DNA of 63,549 bases. Source: Eubacteriales bacterium. Its GTDB lineage: Bacteria > Bacillota > Clostridia > Oscillospirales > CAG-272. The stretch spans positions 1-63,549 of the forward strand of contig JAZUBI010000128.1 in assembly GCA_045638385.1 (NCBI GenBank), written 5' to 3'. The notes under the pieces are model-generated. The model was given only the letters and a program-made list of their open reading frames with translations, did not search any database and was not told the origin of the DNA. The position numbers and the translations under genes are program-made. This document shows, in pieces, positions 18,623-28,917 of this stretch (positions are counted from its first letter, which is position 1; every line of letters starts with the position of its first letter).

Positions 18623-20038
18623 TTATTCAGCATCAACCGCCTCAACAGCAGTAATGTGAGTGTTGACACCGTTGTACCAGTAAACAAAGCCGGTAATATC
18701 AACAACGTCTCCTACCTGGAGGTCTGCGAACGCCTTGTAAAGCTCTGTGTCAGGTCCTGTGAGGTAACGCTCTACGCAGAAGCTGAATGTATTTTCACCC
18801 TGAGTTACGGTTACGTAAATATCATCGCCGGGCTCGCCGTTCTTGTACTCGATAGCAGTGATAGTGAGTCCTCTGAATACGGCAAGTCTGTTCTGATACT
18901 TTATAAGCTCTGCCTCGTTAGCAAGGTCAGCGGTAAGATCGATGGGAGCAGCAATGTAAGGAGCGGCATTCTCAACGAATGTAAAGGTAGCGTCAACTAT
19001 CTCAACCTCGCCTGCCCAGGCGCTCTTGTAGCCGGTGATTCTGATCTTTGTTCCGGGAACGAGCTTAGCCGCATCCTCCTCGGAGCAAGCCATCTCGTAT
19101 GCGTAGTATCCGCCGTCAACATCCTGGAGGTAAACAGTGATCTTGTTATCCCACCAAGACTGAGTTGCCTGAACGTATGCCTCGACAACAACGGGAGCAT
19201 CCAATGCGGCAAGGTCATACTCGCCGTAGGTTGTGTAATCGCAAGGAGCAACAGCGGTAATGTGAGTGTTAACTCCGTTGTACCAGTAAACGAATCCGGT
19301 AATATTTACCTTATCGCCTGCCTTAAGGTCAGCAAATGCCTTGTAAACATCGGTCTCGGGACCTGTGAGGTAGCGCTCTACGCAGAAGCTGAACTCCTGT
19401 CCTGCATAGCTTACAGTAACGTAAATGTCGTCACCGGGCTCGCCGTTCTTGTACTCAATATTCGCGATAGTGAGTCCCTTGAATACAGCAAGCTGGTTCT
19501 GATATGTTATAAGAGCATCGGCATCTACAAGAATTGCGGAAAGGTCGATAGGCTCTGCAACGTAAGGCTCGGCATCCTCAACGAATGTAAAGGTCGCGTC
19601 AATTATCTCAACCTCGCCTGCCCACTCTGCCTTGTATCCGGAAACTCTGATCTTTGTTCCGGGAACGAGCTTAGCCGCATCCTCCTCGGAGCAAGCCATC
19701 TCGTATGCGAAATATGCTCCGTCCTCATCCTGGAGGTAAACAGTGATCTTGTTATCCCACCAAGACTGGGTTGCCTGAACGTAAGCCTCGATAACGACAG
19801 CCTCCTCAAGCTCAGCGGCAACAAACTCATCGTATGTCATCGCAGCGTCAGGCTCTACTGTGCTGCCACCGGTCTCGCCCTCAGTTTCGCCCTGAGACTC
19901 GCTCTCAGACGTGCTCTCAGACGTGCTCTCAGTCTTGCTCTCTTTTTCCTTCTCGTCATCATCCTTGTCTGCGGTGTTGCAGGCAACTAAAGAAAGAACA
20001 AGAACAAGCGCAAAAAACAATGCCAAAAACTTTTTCAT
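18623..20038 (-). CDS. Lipoprotein with two tandem ~200-aa repeats
   Basis: Start moved to ATG 20038 (GGAG RBS). Signal peptide with lipobox LSLVAC, an S/E/T-rich linker, then two near-identical halves with a nucleotide period of about 600 bp. Confidence 0.75.
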   Translation of the reverse strand: MKKFLALFFALVLVLSLVACNTADKDDDEKEKESKTESTSESTSESESQGETEGETGGSTVEPDAAMTYDEFVAAELEEAVVIEAYVQATQSWWDNKITVYLQDEDGAYFAYEMACSEEDAAKLVPGTKIRVSGYKAEWAGEVEIIDATFTFVEDAEPYVAEPIDLSAILVDADALITYQNQLAVFKGLTIANIEYKNGEPGDDIYVTVSYAGQEFSFCVERYLTGPETDVYKAFADLKAGDKVNITGFVYWYNGVNTHITAVAPCDYTTYGEYDLAALDAPVVVEAYVQATQSWWDNKITVYLQDVDGGYYAYEMACSEEDAAKLVPGTKIRITGYKSAWAGEVEIVDATFTFVENAAPYIAAPIDLTADLANEAELIKYQNRLAVFRGLTITAIEYKNGEPGDDIYVTVTQGENTFSFCVERYLTGPDTELYKAFADLQVGDVVDITGFVYWYNGVNTHITAVEAVDAE

Positions 20039-20280
20039 ATTTTTTCTCCTTTTCATTTCGGGAAAACCCGTTTTCTCACTTTGTATTATACACAAGAAAA
20101 TAAAAAATGTCAATAACAAACGTCATTTTTCCTTAAAATTCATTACAAAAGCAATAATTGACGTGATTTTTCTGCCCTATTATGTATAAAAGACCGAAGA
20201 GAAAATCTCCCTTCGGTCTCCGACTGCCGAAAAAGCGGTTAGACAGCAAGGGACTTCAAAATAGAAATACAGAATACATA

Positions 20281-20323
20281 AAAAGAATAAGCACAAGGCA
20301 AACATCGAGAATGCCTTGTGCTT
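20281..20323 (-). terminator. Terminator of the ABC transporter operon
   Basis: aagcacaaggca/tgccttgtgctt stem with a T-run on the minus strand. Confidence 0.7.
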
Positions 20324-20360
20324 TCTTACTTTTTCGAAGTCTCAATAAATTGATATCCGG

Positions 20361-21839
20361 TCAATTTACGGGCTTTGCCATGTCAAGCTTGAAGAGCGCC
20401 CACATATCGTTGTAAAGCTTTTCGATAAACGCGCTGTCAACGGTCTGTCCCCTTCTCTTTGCCTTTGTGACCTCCTCGATAAGCTGTCCTGCGGCATCTC
20501 TCAAGGAAGCAGATCCCGAGAATACGGGAGTTGTAAATGTGTACTGTACGTTGTCGATCAAAAGCTTGGATGCGGCGATCTTTATGTCGTAATACTTGTC
20601 ATTGTCCTCACCTGCGCGTGAGAGATAGTCCTGATACTCTGCGCTCTGCTGAGCCTTTGTAGTCACGGGAACGTAGCCCTCTGTCTGCGCATAATCTATC
20701 TGCACGTCGTTCGTGAGCAGATACTGTACGAAGAACCAGGATGCGATTACCTTCTGAGGATCCTCGTTATTGAAAATACAAACGCTGGGGCCCTGCGAGA
20801 TCATCTTGGGGTTTGCGGTGTCAAACTGCGGCACCGTCATAACAACGGTCTCGAAATCAACGAGGTTTGATTCGTCAATATCAACCAAAGGCGCATCCGA
20901 GCCTATCCATGTAGCGCCGGCGGTAGAATCTATCGCAAAAATGCACTGTCCGGCATTGAAATAGTTTCCGGGGTAGCTTGAGATCTTGAATGTAGAGAAT
21001 GCGCGGGATTCCGCATGCTCCGCGATCTCGTAGAGCAGATCTCGGGTCGTATTGTTAAAGAGTCCGATCTCGGCGTTATCTGTCGAATATCCGGCATTCT
21101 TCTGCGCAAGCATCTGGATCATCATGTTGTCTGTCGACTTGTAGATAAAGGGGATCATAACGTTCTGACCGTTCACCTTAAATGTGCCGTCAGAATCTTT
21201 AGCCATTGCCGCCTCGCTGACCTCCCATATAAAGTCCCAAGTCAGAGTCTCGGGGAGAGTGTATCCAAGAGCCTCGACGTAATCCTTATTGATGTAGCAA
21301 GCCTCGGTAGATCTCATAAACGGCAAGGCATACTGCTTGCCCGCAATCTGTCCCTCTTTAAGGAACTGATCAATTATCTCTTCCTTCTTAACTCCGTCAA
21401 ATCTGATCTCGGAGCCTCCGAGTCCGTAGCGGCTGTCCGCCATAAGCTCATCCATGGCAACAACGATGTTGGTGCCTGTAAGATAGGTGGCAATGTGGTC
21501 GGGGTAGCTTATGCACACGTTAGGAGTAGAATTGGTCTGAATATTTGTGATTACGTCGTTGTAAATATCGCCGTAGTTACTGTAAAACTTGACCTTTACA
21601 GTTATATTCGGGTAAAGCTTCTCGAAATCTGCAATAGCCTTATTGTATATGTCTCTTTGGTTCTGATTGTTGTCATTTTTCGCCCAAAAAGTAATCTCAA
21701 CGGGGCTGTCGTAATCAAAGGTCTCGATCTTAAACTCCTCAAGCTTCTTTCCCTTGCCGTGGCAGGAAACAAGCATAAAGGAAGAGACACACAGTACAAA
21801 TACAAGAGCCAAGGACAAAAGCTTTTTCCAATTTCTCAT
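20361..21839 (-). CDS. ABC transporter extracellular solute-binding lipoprotein (carbohydrate, CUT1-type)
   Basis: 492 aa, signal peptide with lipobox MLVSC. Follows two MalFG-type permease genes with a 4-nt overlap. Confidence 0.8.
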   Translation of the reverse strand: MRNWKKLLSLALVFVLCVSSFMLVSCHGKGKKLEEFKIETFDYDSPVEITFWAKNDNNQNQRDIYNKAIADFEKLYPNITVKVKFYSNYGDIYNDVITNIQTNSTPNVCISYPDHIATYLTGTNIVVAMDELMADSRYGLGGSEIRFDGVKKEEIIDQFLKEGQIAGKQYALPFMRSTEACYINKDYVEALGYTLPETLTWDFIWEVSEAAMAKDSDGTFKVNGQNVMIPFIYKSTDNMMIQMLAQKNAGYSTDNAEIGLFNNTTRDLLYEIAEHAESRAFSTFKISSYPGNYFNAGQCIFAIDSTAGATWIGSDAPLVDIDESNLVDFETVVMTVPQFDTANPKMISQGPSVCIFNNEDPQKVIASWFFVQYLLTNDVQIDYAQTEGYVPVTTKAQQSAEYQDYLSRAGEDNDKYYDIKIAASKLLIDNVQYTFTTPVFSGSASLRDAAGQLIEEVTKAKRRGQTVDSAFIEKLYNDMWALFKLDMAKPVN

Positions 21840-22723
21840 CCTTTAGTACCTCCTCTGGAAACACCTTCCATGATCTTTTTTCTGAAAATAATGAAAATAA
21901 TTATAAGCGGCGCGGAAATAGCTGTTACAGCCGCCATCATCGCAGGGATGTTTTCGCGTCCGAATCCGCTCTCTCTTATCGTTTGGATACCGTTTGATAC
22001 AAGGAAATATCTCTCGTCATCGGTAATAAGATTGGGCCAGATATAAGAATTCCAGCACTCAATAGCCTTAAGAATAACAACGGTTATGATCGTCGGCTTG
22101 CAGATCGGCACAACGACCTTGAAAAGAAACTTAAGATCGTTCGTTCCGTCGACCTTGGACGCAAGATAGAGCTCATCGGGTATCTGCGCGAAATTTTCCT
22201 TCAAAAGGTAGATATAAAATATCGAGGCAACGCTCGGAAGTATAAGTCCCATAAAGGTATTTTCAAGTCCGAGATGCTGCTTTACCGTAACGAAATTCGT
22301 AATTATAACAAGCTCGCCCGGTATCATCATAAGCGAAAGGAGGAGGGTAAATGCGAGATTCTTGCCCTTGAAATTCAGCCTTGCAAAGGCGAAAGCCGCC
22401 AATATCGAGACGATCAGCATTATAGCAGTGGTAGCGACCGTATATATCAAGGTGTTGAGGAAATAGTCCGACATCGGCGCCATCTCAAACGCGACCTTGT
22501 AGTTTTCAAAGGTCGGCGCCGTTGTAAAGAGCTTTGGCGTCATCTCGGCGTTGTATGCTCCGAAATCCTTTACGGATGTCAGTATCATATAGTAGAACGG
22601 GAAAAGAACCACCAGCGCCCAGAATGAGAGCATAACGTATATAAATCCCTTTCCGATCCCGCCGAAGATCCTCGAGCGCTTCTCTGCCGCCAAAAGCGTG
22701 CCGCTTGCATTATTGTTCTTCAT
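21836..22723 (-). CDS. Carbohydrate ABC transporter permease (MalG-like)
   Basis: 6 TM helices and an EAA-loop region LASKVDGTNDLKFLFKVVVP. Confidence 0.85.
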   Translation of the reverse strand: MKNNNASGTLLAAEKRSRIFGGIGKGFIYVMLSFWALVVLFPFYYMILTSVKDFGAYNAEMTPKLFTTAPTFENYKVAFEMAPMSDYFLNTLIYTVATTAIMLIVSILAAFAFARLNFKGKNLAFTLLLSLMMIPGELVIITNFVTVKQHLGLENTFMGLILPSVASIFYIYLLKENFAQIPDELYLASKVDGTNDLKFLFKVVVPICKPTIITVVILKAIECWNSYIWPNLITDDERYFLVSNGIQTIRESGFGRENIPAMMAAVTAISAPLIIIFIIFRKKIMEGVSRGGTKG

Positions 22724-22739
22724 ATCAAAGCACCCCCCA

Positions 22740-23633
22740 TCAATAATGAACGTGCTTCTTGCTGACCATAAGATTTATACAGGTAATGGTCAGAACAATG
22801 AAGAAGAGTATGACCGCCGCGGCAGAAGCATACGACGGATATCCGCCGCCCGCAAAGAGCACATCGTAGATATATCCTACGATGGTGTTCATTCCCGCAA
22901 CGTTAAGATTCGTTCCGAACAGCGCAACAGAGTCGCTGTATGCCTTAAACGCGCCGATAAATCCGGTAATCACGAGATAGGAGATCATGGGAGAGATCAT
23001 AGGAAGAGTGATCCTCCAAAACATTCTTCCCTTGCCCGTTCCGTCTATCCTCGCCGCGTCGTAATAGGTCTTATTTACAGAAGCCAAAGCACCTGTAAGT
23101 ATCAGTATCTTAAAGGGCAAAACCACCCAGATCGTATAAAAGCAAAGGATAAACATCTTCGCCCAATAAGGACCGTCAATAAAGTCAACCGTCCGCCCGC
23201 CAAAGGTGTTTATAAGCAGATTAACCATTCCGTCGGTATATTCGGTAGGCTTGAACAGTATCATAAATACCATACCGACAGCCAATGTGTTGGTAACGTA
23301 AGGCAGAAAATATATGGTCTGGAAAAGCTTGCGAAGCCACTTGATGGACGAAAGCCCAAGCGAGATAACAAGCGCGATTCCGGTTGAAAGCGGAACTGTT
23401 ATTGCAACGAGTATCAAGGTATTTTTGATCGCCTGCTTGAAATAAGGATCCTTGAGCACGGTTTCATAGTTTCCGAATCCGACTCCGGTCGCTTCCTGCG
23501 AGACGAAATTAAAATCCTCCTCAAAGGAGTATATGAAAACGTCTATTAAGGGATAGACCAAAAACACGCCGATAAAAATGAACGCGGGCAATAAATAAAG
23601 CCAGCCCTTAAGATTGTTTTTCTCCATCCTCAT
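22740..23633 (-). CDS. Carbohydrate ABC transporter permease (MalF-like)
   Basis: 6 TM helices and an EAA-loop region DAARIDGTGKGRMFWRITLPM. Confidence 0.85.
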   Translation of the reverse strand: MRMEKNNLKGWLYLLPAFIFIGVFLVYPLIDVFIYSFEEDFNFVSQEATGVGFGNYETVLKDPYFKQAIKNTLILVAITVPLSTGIALVISLGLSSIKWLRKLFQTIYFLPYVTNTLAVGMVFMILFKPTEYTDGMVNLLINTFGGRTVDFIDGPYWAKMFILCFYTIWVVLPFKILILTGALASVNKTYYDAARIDGTGKGRMFWRITLPMISPMISYLVITGFIGAFKAYSDSVALFGTNLNVAGMNTIVGYIYDVLFAGGGYPSYASAAAVILFFIVLTITCINLMVSKKHVHY

Positions 23634-23722
23634 GCCTCCTTCGTTTTTTTTTGCACTCTAATATGATTATACTACATAAACACCGATTTGTAAAGGATTT
23701 ACTCAAAATTTTACCTTTTAAA

Positions 23723-24421
23723 TCACACGTTTTTCGGCAAATCGGTCTTAAGAGAGCCAAGATGGCTCACAATGCTTGTTTTTATAGCCTTCAGAGTGCC
23801 GTCAAACTCAAAAATCGATACCGAAGCATTGCTCACCCAGCTCTCGCGCCCCATCTCAAGAGGATCAAGTCCCCTCGCCGCCGCGCAAGCGGCTCTTATA
23901 GGAGTTGCGTGCGTAACTATTACGACCGCTCCCCCGTCATGCTTCACGGCAATATTCCTTATCGCGCCGAGCACTCTCTTTGAAAGCTCAGCAACGCTCT
24001 CACCGCCCGTGCATCTCGCGCGTCCAATGTCGTTTTTCCAAACTCCGTATTCAACGGGATATTTCTCGTCGATCTCAACAAAGGGCATCATCTCCCAATC
24101 CCCGGCATATATCTCGCGGAAGTCCTCGCATTTTTCAATTTCAAGCGAAAGAGCCTTTGCTATCGGGATCGCAGTGTCGTATGCGCGCTTGAGATCGCTT
24201 GCATAAATAGCGTCAATATCCGAAATACCGTAATCCCATATCTTCTCGGTTCTTTCCTCTCCGAGAGCACTGCAGGGCGACCAGACCCGGAAAAACTCAC
24301 CGCACAGCCTCGCCTGCTCAAGACCGATATCGGTCAGGCTTATGTTGCTCTGTCCGGTGAAAACCTTTGCAAGATTCGCCTCACTGAATCCGTGTCTTAC
24401 CATAATTATCTTTGTGCTCAT
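23723..24421 (-). CDS. Histidine phosphatase (phosphoglycerate-mutase family)
   Basis: Start moved to ATG 24421 (GGGGGA RBS). RHG motif IIMVRHGFSEAN and a C-terminal VIVTHATPIRA histidine motif. Confidence 0.8.
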   Translation of the reverse strand: MSTKIIMVRHGFSEANLAKVFTGQSNISLTDIGLEQARLCGEFFRVWSPCSALGEERTEKIWDYGISDIDAIYASDLKRAYDTAIPIAKALSLEIEKCEDFREIYAGDWEMMPFVEIDEKYPVEYGVWKNDIGRARCTGGESVAELSKRVLGAIRNIAVKHDGGAVVIVTHATPIRAACAAARGLDPLEMGRESWVSNASVSIFEFDGTLKAIKTSIVSHLGSLKTDLPKNV

Positions 24422-24576
24422 AAGAAATCCCCCAAAAATGGACATTATGCGTGTATTATAGCATATTTTTGACTTCAATGTCAAGTTTTAGAAGCACAAA
24501 AAAGCAAATTATTGCAAGTGTAAAGGATAAAAGCCCAAAAAGTCATCTTGTAAGGCGTATAAAATATGAAAAACTG

Positions 24577-24605
24577 TTGACTCTGCGCGCGTGTTATGAT
24601 ATAAT
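24577..24605 (+). promoter_or_regulatory. Promoter of cysE
   Basis: TTGACT (24577-24582), 17 nt, TATAAT (24600-24605). Confidence 0.6.
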
Positions 24606-24648
24606 TATAACGTACATGTGTTTTTTCAGCCCAATTCGGAGGTGTACC

Positions 24649-25398
24649 ATGGCAAGCGCAAATTTTACAGACAACATAGCCGATCTTATCGTCAAAATAG
24701 CAAAATCATCACCTGTCCGCACAATATGCAACATTAAGGATGAAATCAGTACCGATATAGCTGCAATCAGACAGAGAGACCCCGCCGCAAAAAGCGACGT
24801 GGAGGTATTGCTCCTCTATTCGGGACTCCACGCGATCCTCGCGTACAGAGTCTCGCATAAGCTCTACCTCGGCGGTCATACATTCTCCGCAAGGGCGGTG
24901 AGCCAGACCGCAAGATTCTTCACCGGAATAGAGATACATCCGGGTGCCACCATCGGCAAGGGGCTTGTGATCGACCACGGCGCAGGCGTCGTTATCGGAG
25001 AGACCACCGAGATCGGTGACAACTGCACACTCTATCAGGGTGTGACACTCGGAGGAACGGGAAAGGACGTCGGAAAGCGTCACCCCACACTCGGAAATAA
25101 CGTCCTTGTAGGCGCGGGAGCAAAGGTTCTCGGCCCTATCGTGATAGACGACAACAGCAAGATCGCCGCAAACGCGGTCGTTCTTAAGGACATCCCCGAA
25201 AACAGCACCGCAGTCGGTATCCCCGCGCGCATCGCGCGTCAGGGCGGCCGCCGCGTTGATGACCTCGACCAGATCCATATTCCCGACCCCATATCGCAGG
25301 AAATAAACAAGCTCGAGCAGAAGATAGATGCGCTCACCCGTGAGCTTGAGGCTCTGAAGGCATCCCCAAAAAACAAGACGAAAAAGGAATCAAAGTAA
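24649..25398 (+). CDS. cysE: Serine O-acetyltransferase
   Basis: Start moved to ATG 24649 (GGAGG RBS). SAT N-terminal helical region plus hexapeptide repeats (GATIGKGLVIDHGAGVVIGETTEIGDNCTLYQGVTLGG). Confidence 0.9.
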   Translation: MASANFTDNIADLIVKIAKSSPVRTICNIKDEISTDIAAIRQRDPAAKSDVEVLLLYSGLHAILAYRVSHKLYLGGHTFSARAVSQTARFFTGIEIHPGATIGKGLVIDHGAGVVIGETTEIGDNCTLYQGVTLGGTGKDVGKRHPTLGNNVLVGAGAKVLGPIVIDDNSKIAANAVVLKDIPENSTAVGIPARIARQGGRRVDDLDQIHIPDPISQEINKLEQKIDALTRELEALKASPKNKTKKESK

Positions 25399-25399
25399 T

Positions 25400-26302
25400 A
25401 TGAATTATATTCTTTTCAATCCTAAATCCAATAGCGAGAATAACGATCTTAATATAATTCCCGGCAAAGAGGAGCTTGATCGCCTCGGCGTAAAGCAGAT
25501 AAGCCTGCTCGACGTCAACGTAAGAGATTTCTGCGCCTCACTCGTTGAGGGGGACAGAGTTCTTATCTGCGGAGGCGACGGAACACTCCATCACTTCGCA
25601 AATAACACTCGCGGAATAGCCTTCCCCTGCCCCGTCTTTCTTGTCCGTTCCGGAACCGGAAACGATTTTCTTAACGATATAGGTCAGACCGGCAACGAGG
25701 ATCTTGTTGACATCCGAGAATACATAAACGAGCTTCCCACGGTAGAAATTGACGGCGAGGAGCGTTGCTTTATCAACGGAGTCGGCATGGGAATGGACGG
25801 AGAGGTATGCAGCAAGGTCGAGCAATATAAACAGCGCACCGGCAAAAAGGCAAGCTATAAGCTTATAGCTTTAAAGCTTTTGGCATACAAATATAAGCAC
25901 CCCTCCGCTACCGTCACGGTAGACGGAGTTGAGCATCACTTTGACGACGTTTGGATGGCGACCGCTATGCACGGTAGCTTCTTCGGCGGCGGAATGATGA
26001 TCGCCCCCACGCAGGACAGAAAGAGCGGCAAGCTCAGCGTAATGGTGATGCACGGCGGATCAAGAGCCAAAATACTCTCGATATTCCCCTCGGTCTACAA
26101 GGGCAAGCACATAAAGCACACCGACATCGTAACTATATTCGAGTGCGATGAGGTCACAGTATCCTACAACGGCGTATCGCTCGCATTCCAGGCGGACGGC
26201 GAAACGAAGCCCGCGATCTACACCTATACCGCGCGCTCTGTCAGCTCGCTCAAAAAAGCAAAGACAGAAAGCGCCGAGGAAACCCTCACACCCTCAATCT
26301 GA
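25400..26302 (+). CDS. Diacylglycerol-kinase-like lipid kinase (YegS/BmrU family)
   Basis: GGDGT motif (ICGGDGTLHHF) and the downstream GTGNDF motif. Confidence 0.8.
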   Translation: MNYILFNPKSNSENNDLNIIPGKEELDRLGVKQISLLDVNVRDFCASLVEGDRVLICGGDGTLHHFANNTRGIAFPCPVFLVRSGTGNDFLNDIGQTGNEDLVDIREYINELPTVEIDGEERCFINGVGMGMDGEVCSKVEQYKQRTGKKASYKLIALKLLAYKYKHPSATVTVDGVEHHFDDVWMATAMHGSFFGGGMMIAPTQDRKSGKLSVMVMHGGSRAKILSIFPSVYKGKHIKHTDIVTIFECDEVTVSYNGVSLAFQADGETKPAIYTYTARSVSSLKKAKTESAEETLTPSI

Positions 26303-26323
26303 AATTAACCGTTGGTGATAAAA

Positions 26324-27154
26324 ATGGATCAAAACACTCAAATAATAAATCCGAGCGCGATTCCCACCGATGACGTGCTTTTCATAGCCTTGGAGCTTGG
26401 AGAGCACATACTCAGAAGCGGCGGCGAAATAACCCGCGCAGAGGATACCATAACGAGAATTTGCAAGGCATACGGAGCCACGCACGTTGACGTCACCGCG
26501 ATCTTCTCAATGATAGTCCTCACGGTCGATTTCAACGAATCAAGAAGAACCTGCACGCGCAGATTAAAAAGCTCAACCTCAACGAATCTTAACCGACTTG
26601 CAAAGCTCAACGAGCTCTCACGCAGTATTTGCGCAGACCGCCCGGAAAAGGCCGAGGTCGTAAAAAGAATGTCGGAGATCGTTTCCGAAACCGTCATAAA
26701 ATTACCTATATTCGTCATAGGCAGCGTGCTTGCCGCGCTCGGATTCGCAATTTTTTTCAGCGATCTTACAAACGGATTTTCGGGGAACGTTATCCTCAGT
26801 ATGATCGCGAACGCTCTGCTCTCCGGCTTCATCGCACTCCCTCTCTGCTTCTTTAGCATTTGGATGGATAAGCTCCATACAAATCCCATAGTTTCAAAAT
26901 TCGCAGTCTGTCTTGTCGGAGGAGTCGCCGCTCTGCTTTTAGGGCGCGCATTTCCGATCTGCAGCGCAAATATAATAATGATAGGCAACATAATGAACTT
27001 CATTCCGGGAGTTGCAATGACAAACGCATTCCGCGACCTTTTCGGAGGAGAAATAATGTCGGGTCTTTTTAGACTTTGCTCTGTCATAATCGACGCTATC
27101 GTAATAGCGGCAGGTTATGCGGTCGCCATACTGATTTTCGGAGGTGTCGCATAA
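26324..27154 (+). CDS. Threonine/serine exporter family protein (ThrE/YjjP-like)
   Basis: N-terminal L.LGE.ILRSGGEITRAEDTI.RI pattern followed by a multi-TM domain. Start taken at ATG 26324. Confidence 0.75.
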   Translation: MDQNTQIINPSAIPTDDVLFIALELGEHILRSGGEITRAEDTITRICKAYGATHVDVTAIFSMIVLTVDFNESRRTCTRRLKSSTSTNLNRLAKLNELSRSICADRPEKAEVVKRMSEIVSETVIKLPIFVIGSVLAALGFAIFFSDLTNGFSGNVILSMIANALLSGFIALPLCFFSIWMDKLHTNPIVSKFAVCLVGGVAALLLGRAFPICSANIIMIGNIMNFIPGVAMTNAFRDLFGGEIMSGLFRLCSVIIDAIVIAAGYAVAILIFGGVA

Positions 27155-27630
27155 TGAATGAACTGATCAGAATCGCCATAGTATTAACTGCAGGCATTAT
27201 AGGCTCGGTGGGATTCGCCCTCCTTTTCGGGGTAGCGAAAAAGCATTTTCTCTTCGCGCTTCTCTCCGCCGTGATCTCCTGCCTCGCCTTTGAGCTTGTC
27301 GCTCTGCTTGGATGGGGACTTTTCCTCTCCTCCTTTATAGGCGCAGGACTTGCCGCCGCATATTCGGACATTATGGCACACAAAATAAAAACTCCTGCTA
27401 CGGTAATGATAATAATCGGTATGATCCCCCTCGTTCCCGGAGCAAGACTCTATTACACCATGCTCGGAATAGTTCAGGACGACATGGTTATGTTTTCACA
27501 AAACGGTGAGTCCGCGCTCCTGATAGCCGCGGGAATCGCCGTAGGAATCATCGCAGTCACCGCAACCTCCCGCCCGATCAACGCAAGGATCAGCGAGAGC
27601 AAACAGCAAAAACTTAAAAGCAAAGGATAA
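27154..27630 (+). CDS. Threonine/serine exporter family protein (YjjB-like small subunit)
   Basis: 158 aa with 4-5 TM helices. The start overlaps the upstream stop (TAATG), the usual YjjP-YjjB arrangement. Confidence 0.7.
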   Translation: MNELIRIAIVLTAGIIGSVGFALLFGVAKKHFLFALLSAVISCLAFELVALLGWGLFLSSFIGAGLAAAYSDIMAHKIKTPATVMIIIGMIPLVPGARLYYTMLGIVQDDMVMFSQNGESALLIAAGIAVGIIAVTATSRPINARISESKQQKLKSKG

Positions 27631-27642
27631 AAGGTAACAAAA

Positions 27643-28884
27643 ATGTCAACTTTAAAGGGAAACGCAATCGTAGGACAGTCGGGCGGACCGACAACGGCAA
27701 TAAACGCAACGCTCGCAGGCGTTATCAAGGGCGCAATGCAGTCCGAGCTTATAGATAAGGTATACGGTATGAAGAACGGTATCGACGGACTTTTGGCAGA
27801 TACCGTAATATGCCTCAATCCCTACTTTGAGGACGAAAAGAGCTACGAAACGCTTAAGCGCACACCCGCGGCGGCTCTCGGCTCGTGCAGAAAGAAGCTC
27901 CCGACAGAAAGCGATTCAAAATATAAGCAGACCTTTGAAAAGATCATCGAGGAGTTCAAAAAGTACGACATAAGATATTTCTTCTATATCGGCGGCAACG
28001 ATTCAATGGATACCGTTGCAAAGCTCTCAAAGTATACAAGCGAGTGCGGATATGAGGTAAGAGTTATCGGAGTACCCAAAACCATCGATAACGACCTCCT
28101 CGGAACAGACCACACCCCCGGCTTCGGCTCCGCGGCAAAGTACATCTCCGTTGTAATGCAGGAGATCCTCCGCGACACGGCTGTTTATACCGTAAAGGCA
28201 GTAACCGTGGTTGAGATAATGGGACGTGATGCAGGCTGGCTCACAGCTTCAAGCGAGGTCGGCAGACTCACAGGACTCCCCTCCCCCGATCTTGTCTATC
28301 TCCCCGAGAGAGCATTTGATATGGACGAGTTCTTCGCAGACCTCAAAAAGATACTTTCGGAAAAGCCCAACGTAGTAGTTGCCGTATCCGAGGGACTTCA
28401 GTTTGCAGACGGAAGATTCGTCGGTGAGAGCACACAGGGCGGCGCAGTCGATGCGTTCGGTCATAAATATCTCGCAGGAACAGGAAAGGCGCTTGAGCTT
28501 GCGATCAAGGAAAAGCTCGGTATCAAGGTTCGCTCGATAGAGCTCAACCTTCCCCAGCGTTGCGCTTCTCACATCGCTTCTCTTTGCGACATCGAGGAGT
28601 CGTTCGGCGTCGGTAAGGCGGCTGTTTGCGCCGCAGAGCAGGGTGTCAGCCGCGAGATGATGGTAATACTCCGCAACGACGATAAGGGCGAGCCCTATTC
28701 ATCGGTTTACGGACACATGGACATCGATCTTATCGCAAACCGCACAAAGTTCGTGCCCAAGCACTTTATAAACGAGCGCGGAAACCATGTAACAGACGAG
28801 TGCCTGCGCTACATACTCCCCCTCATCGAGGGCGAGTGCTACCCCGAATACAAGAACGGACTTCCCGTGTTCTTCGCATTTTAA
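27643..28884 (+). CDS. pfp: 6-phosphofructokinase, probably pyrophosphate-dependent
   Basis: 413 aa with QSGGPTTAINA, GGNDS, PKTIDND and MGRDAGWL motifs. The length and the GGPT variant resemble clostridial PPi-PFKs. Confidence 0.8.
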   Translation: MSTLKGNAIVGQSGGPTTAINATLAGVIKGAMQSELIDKVYGMKNGIDGLLADTVICLNPYFEDEKSYETLKRTPAAALGSCRKKLPTESDSKYKQTFEKIIEEFKKYDIRYFFYIGGNDSMDTVAKLSKYTSECGYEVRVIGVPKTIDNDLLGTDHTPGFGSAAKYISVVMQEILRDTAVYTVKAVTVVEIMGRDAGWLTASSEVGRLTGLPSPDLVYLPERAFDMDEFFADLKKILSEKPNVVVAVSEGLQFADGRFVGESTQGGAVDAFGHKYLAGTGKALELAIKEKLGIKVRSIELNLPQRCASHIASLCDIEESFGVGKAAVCAAEQGVSREMMVILRNDDKGEPYSSVYGHMDIDLIANRTKFVPKHFINERGNHVTDECLRYILPLIEGECYPEYKNGLPVFFAF

Positions 28885-28917
28885 GCGAGATCTGAAATAA
28901 CAAAAAGGCAGTAAAAC

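Noticed and set aside
18656-19990. 444-aa plus-strand ORF antisense to the lipoprotein gene
   Set aside because: Low-complexity, Val/Leu/Ser-rich mirror of the duplicated lipoprotein coding sequence, with no RBS. The minus-strand gene has a signal peptide, a lipobox and a terminator.
21015-22046. 343-aa plus-strand ORF spanning the SBP/permease junction
   Set aside because: It is antisense to two well-supported ABC transporter genes and crosses their boundary. It has no motif or RBS.
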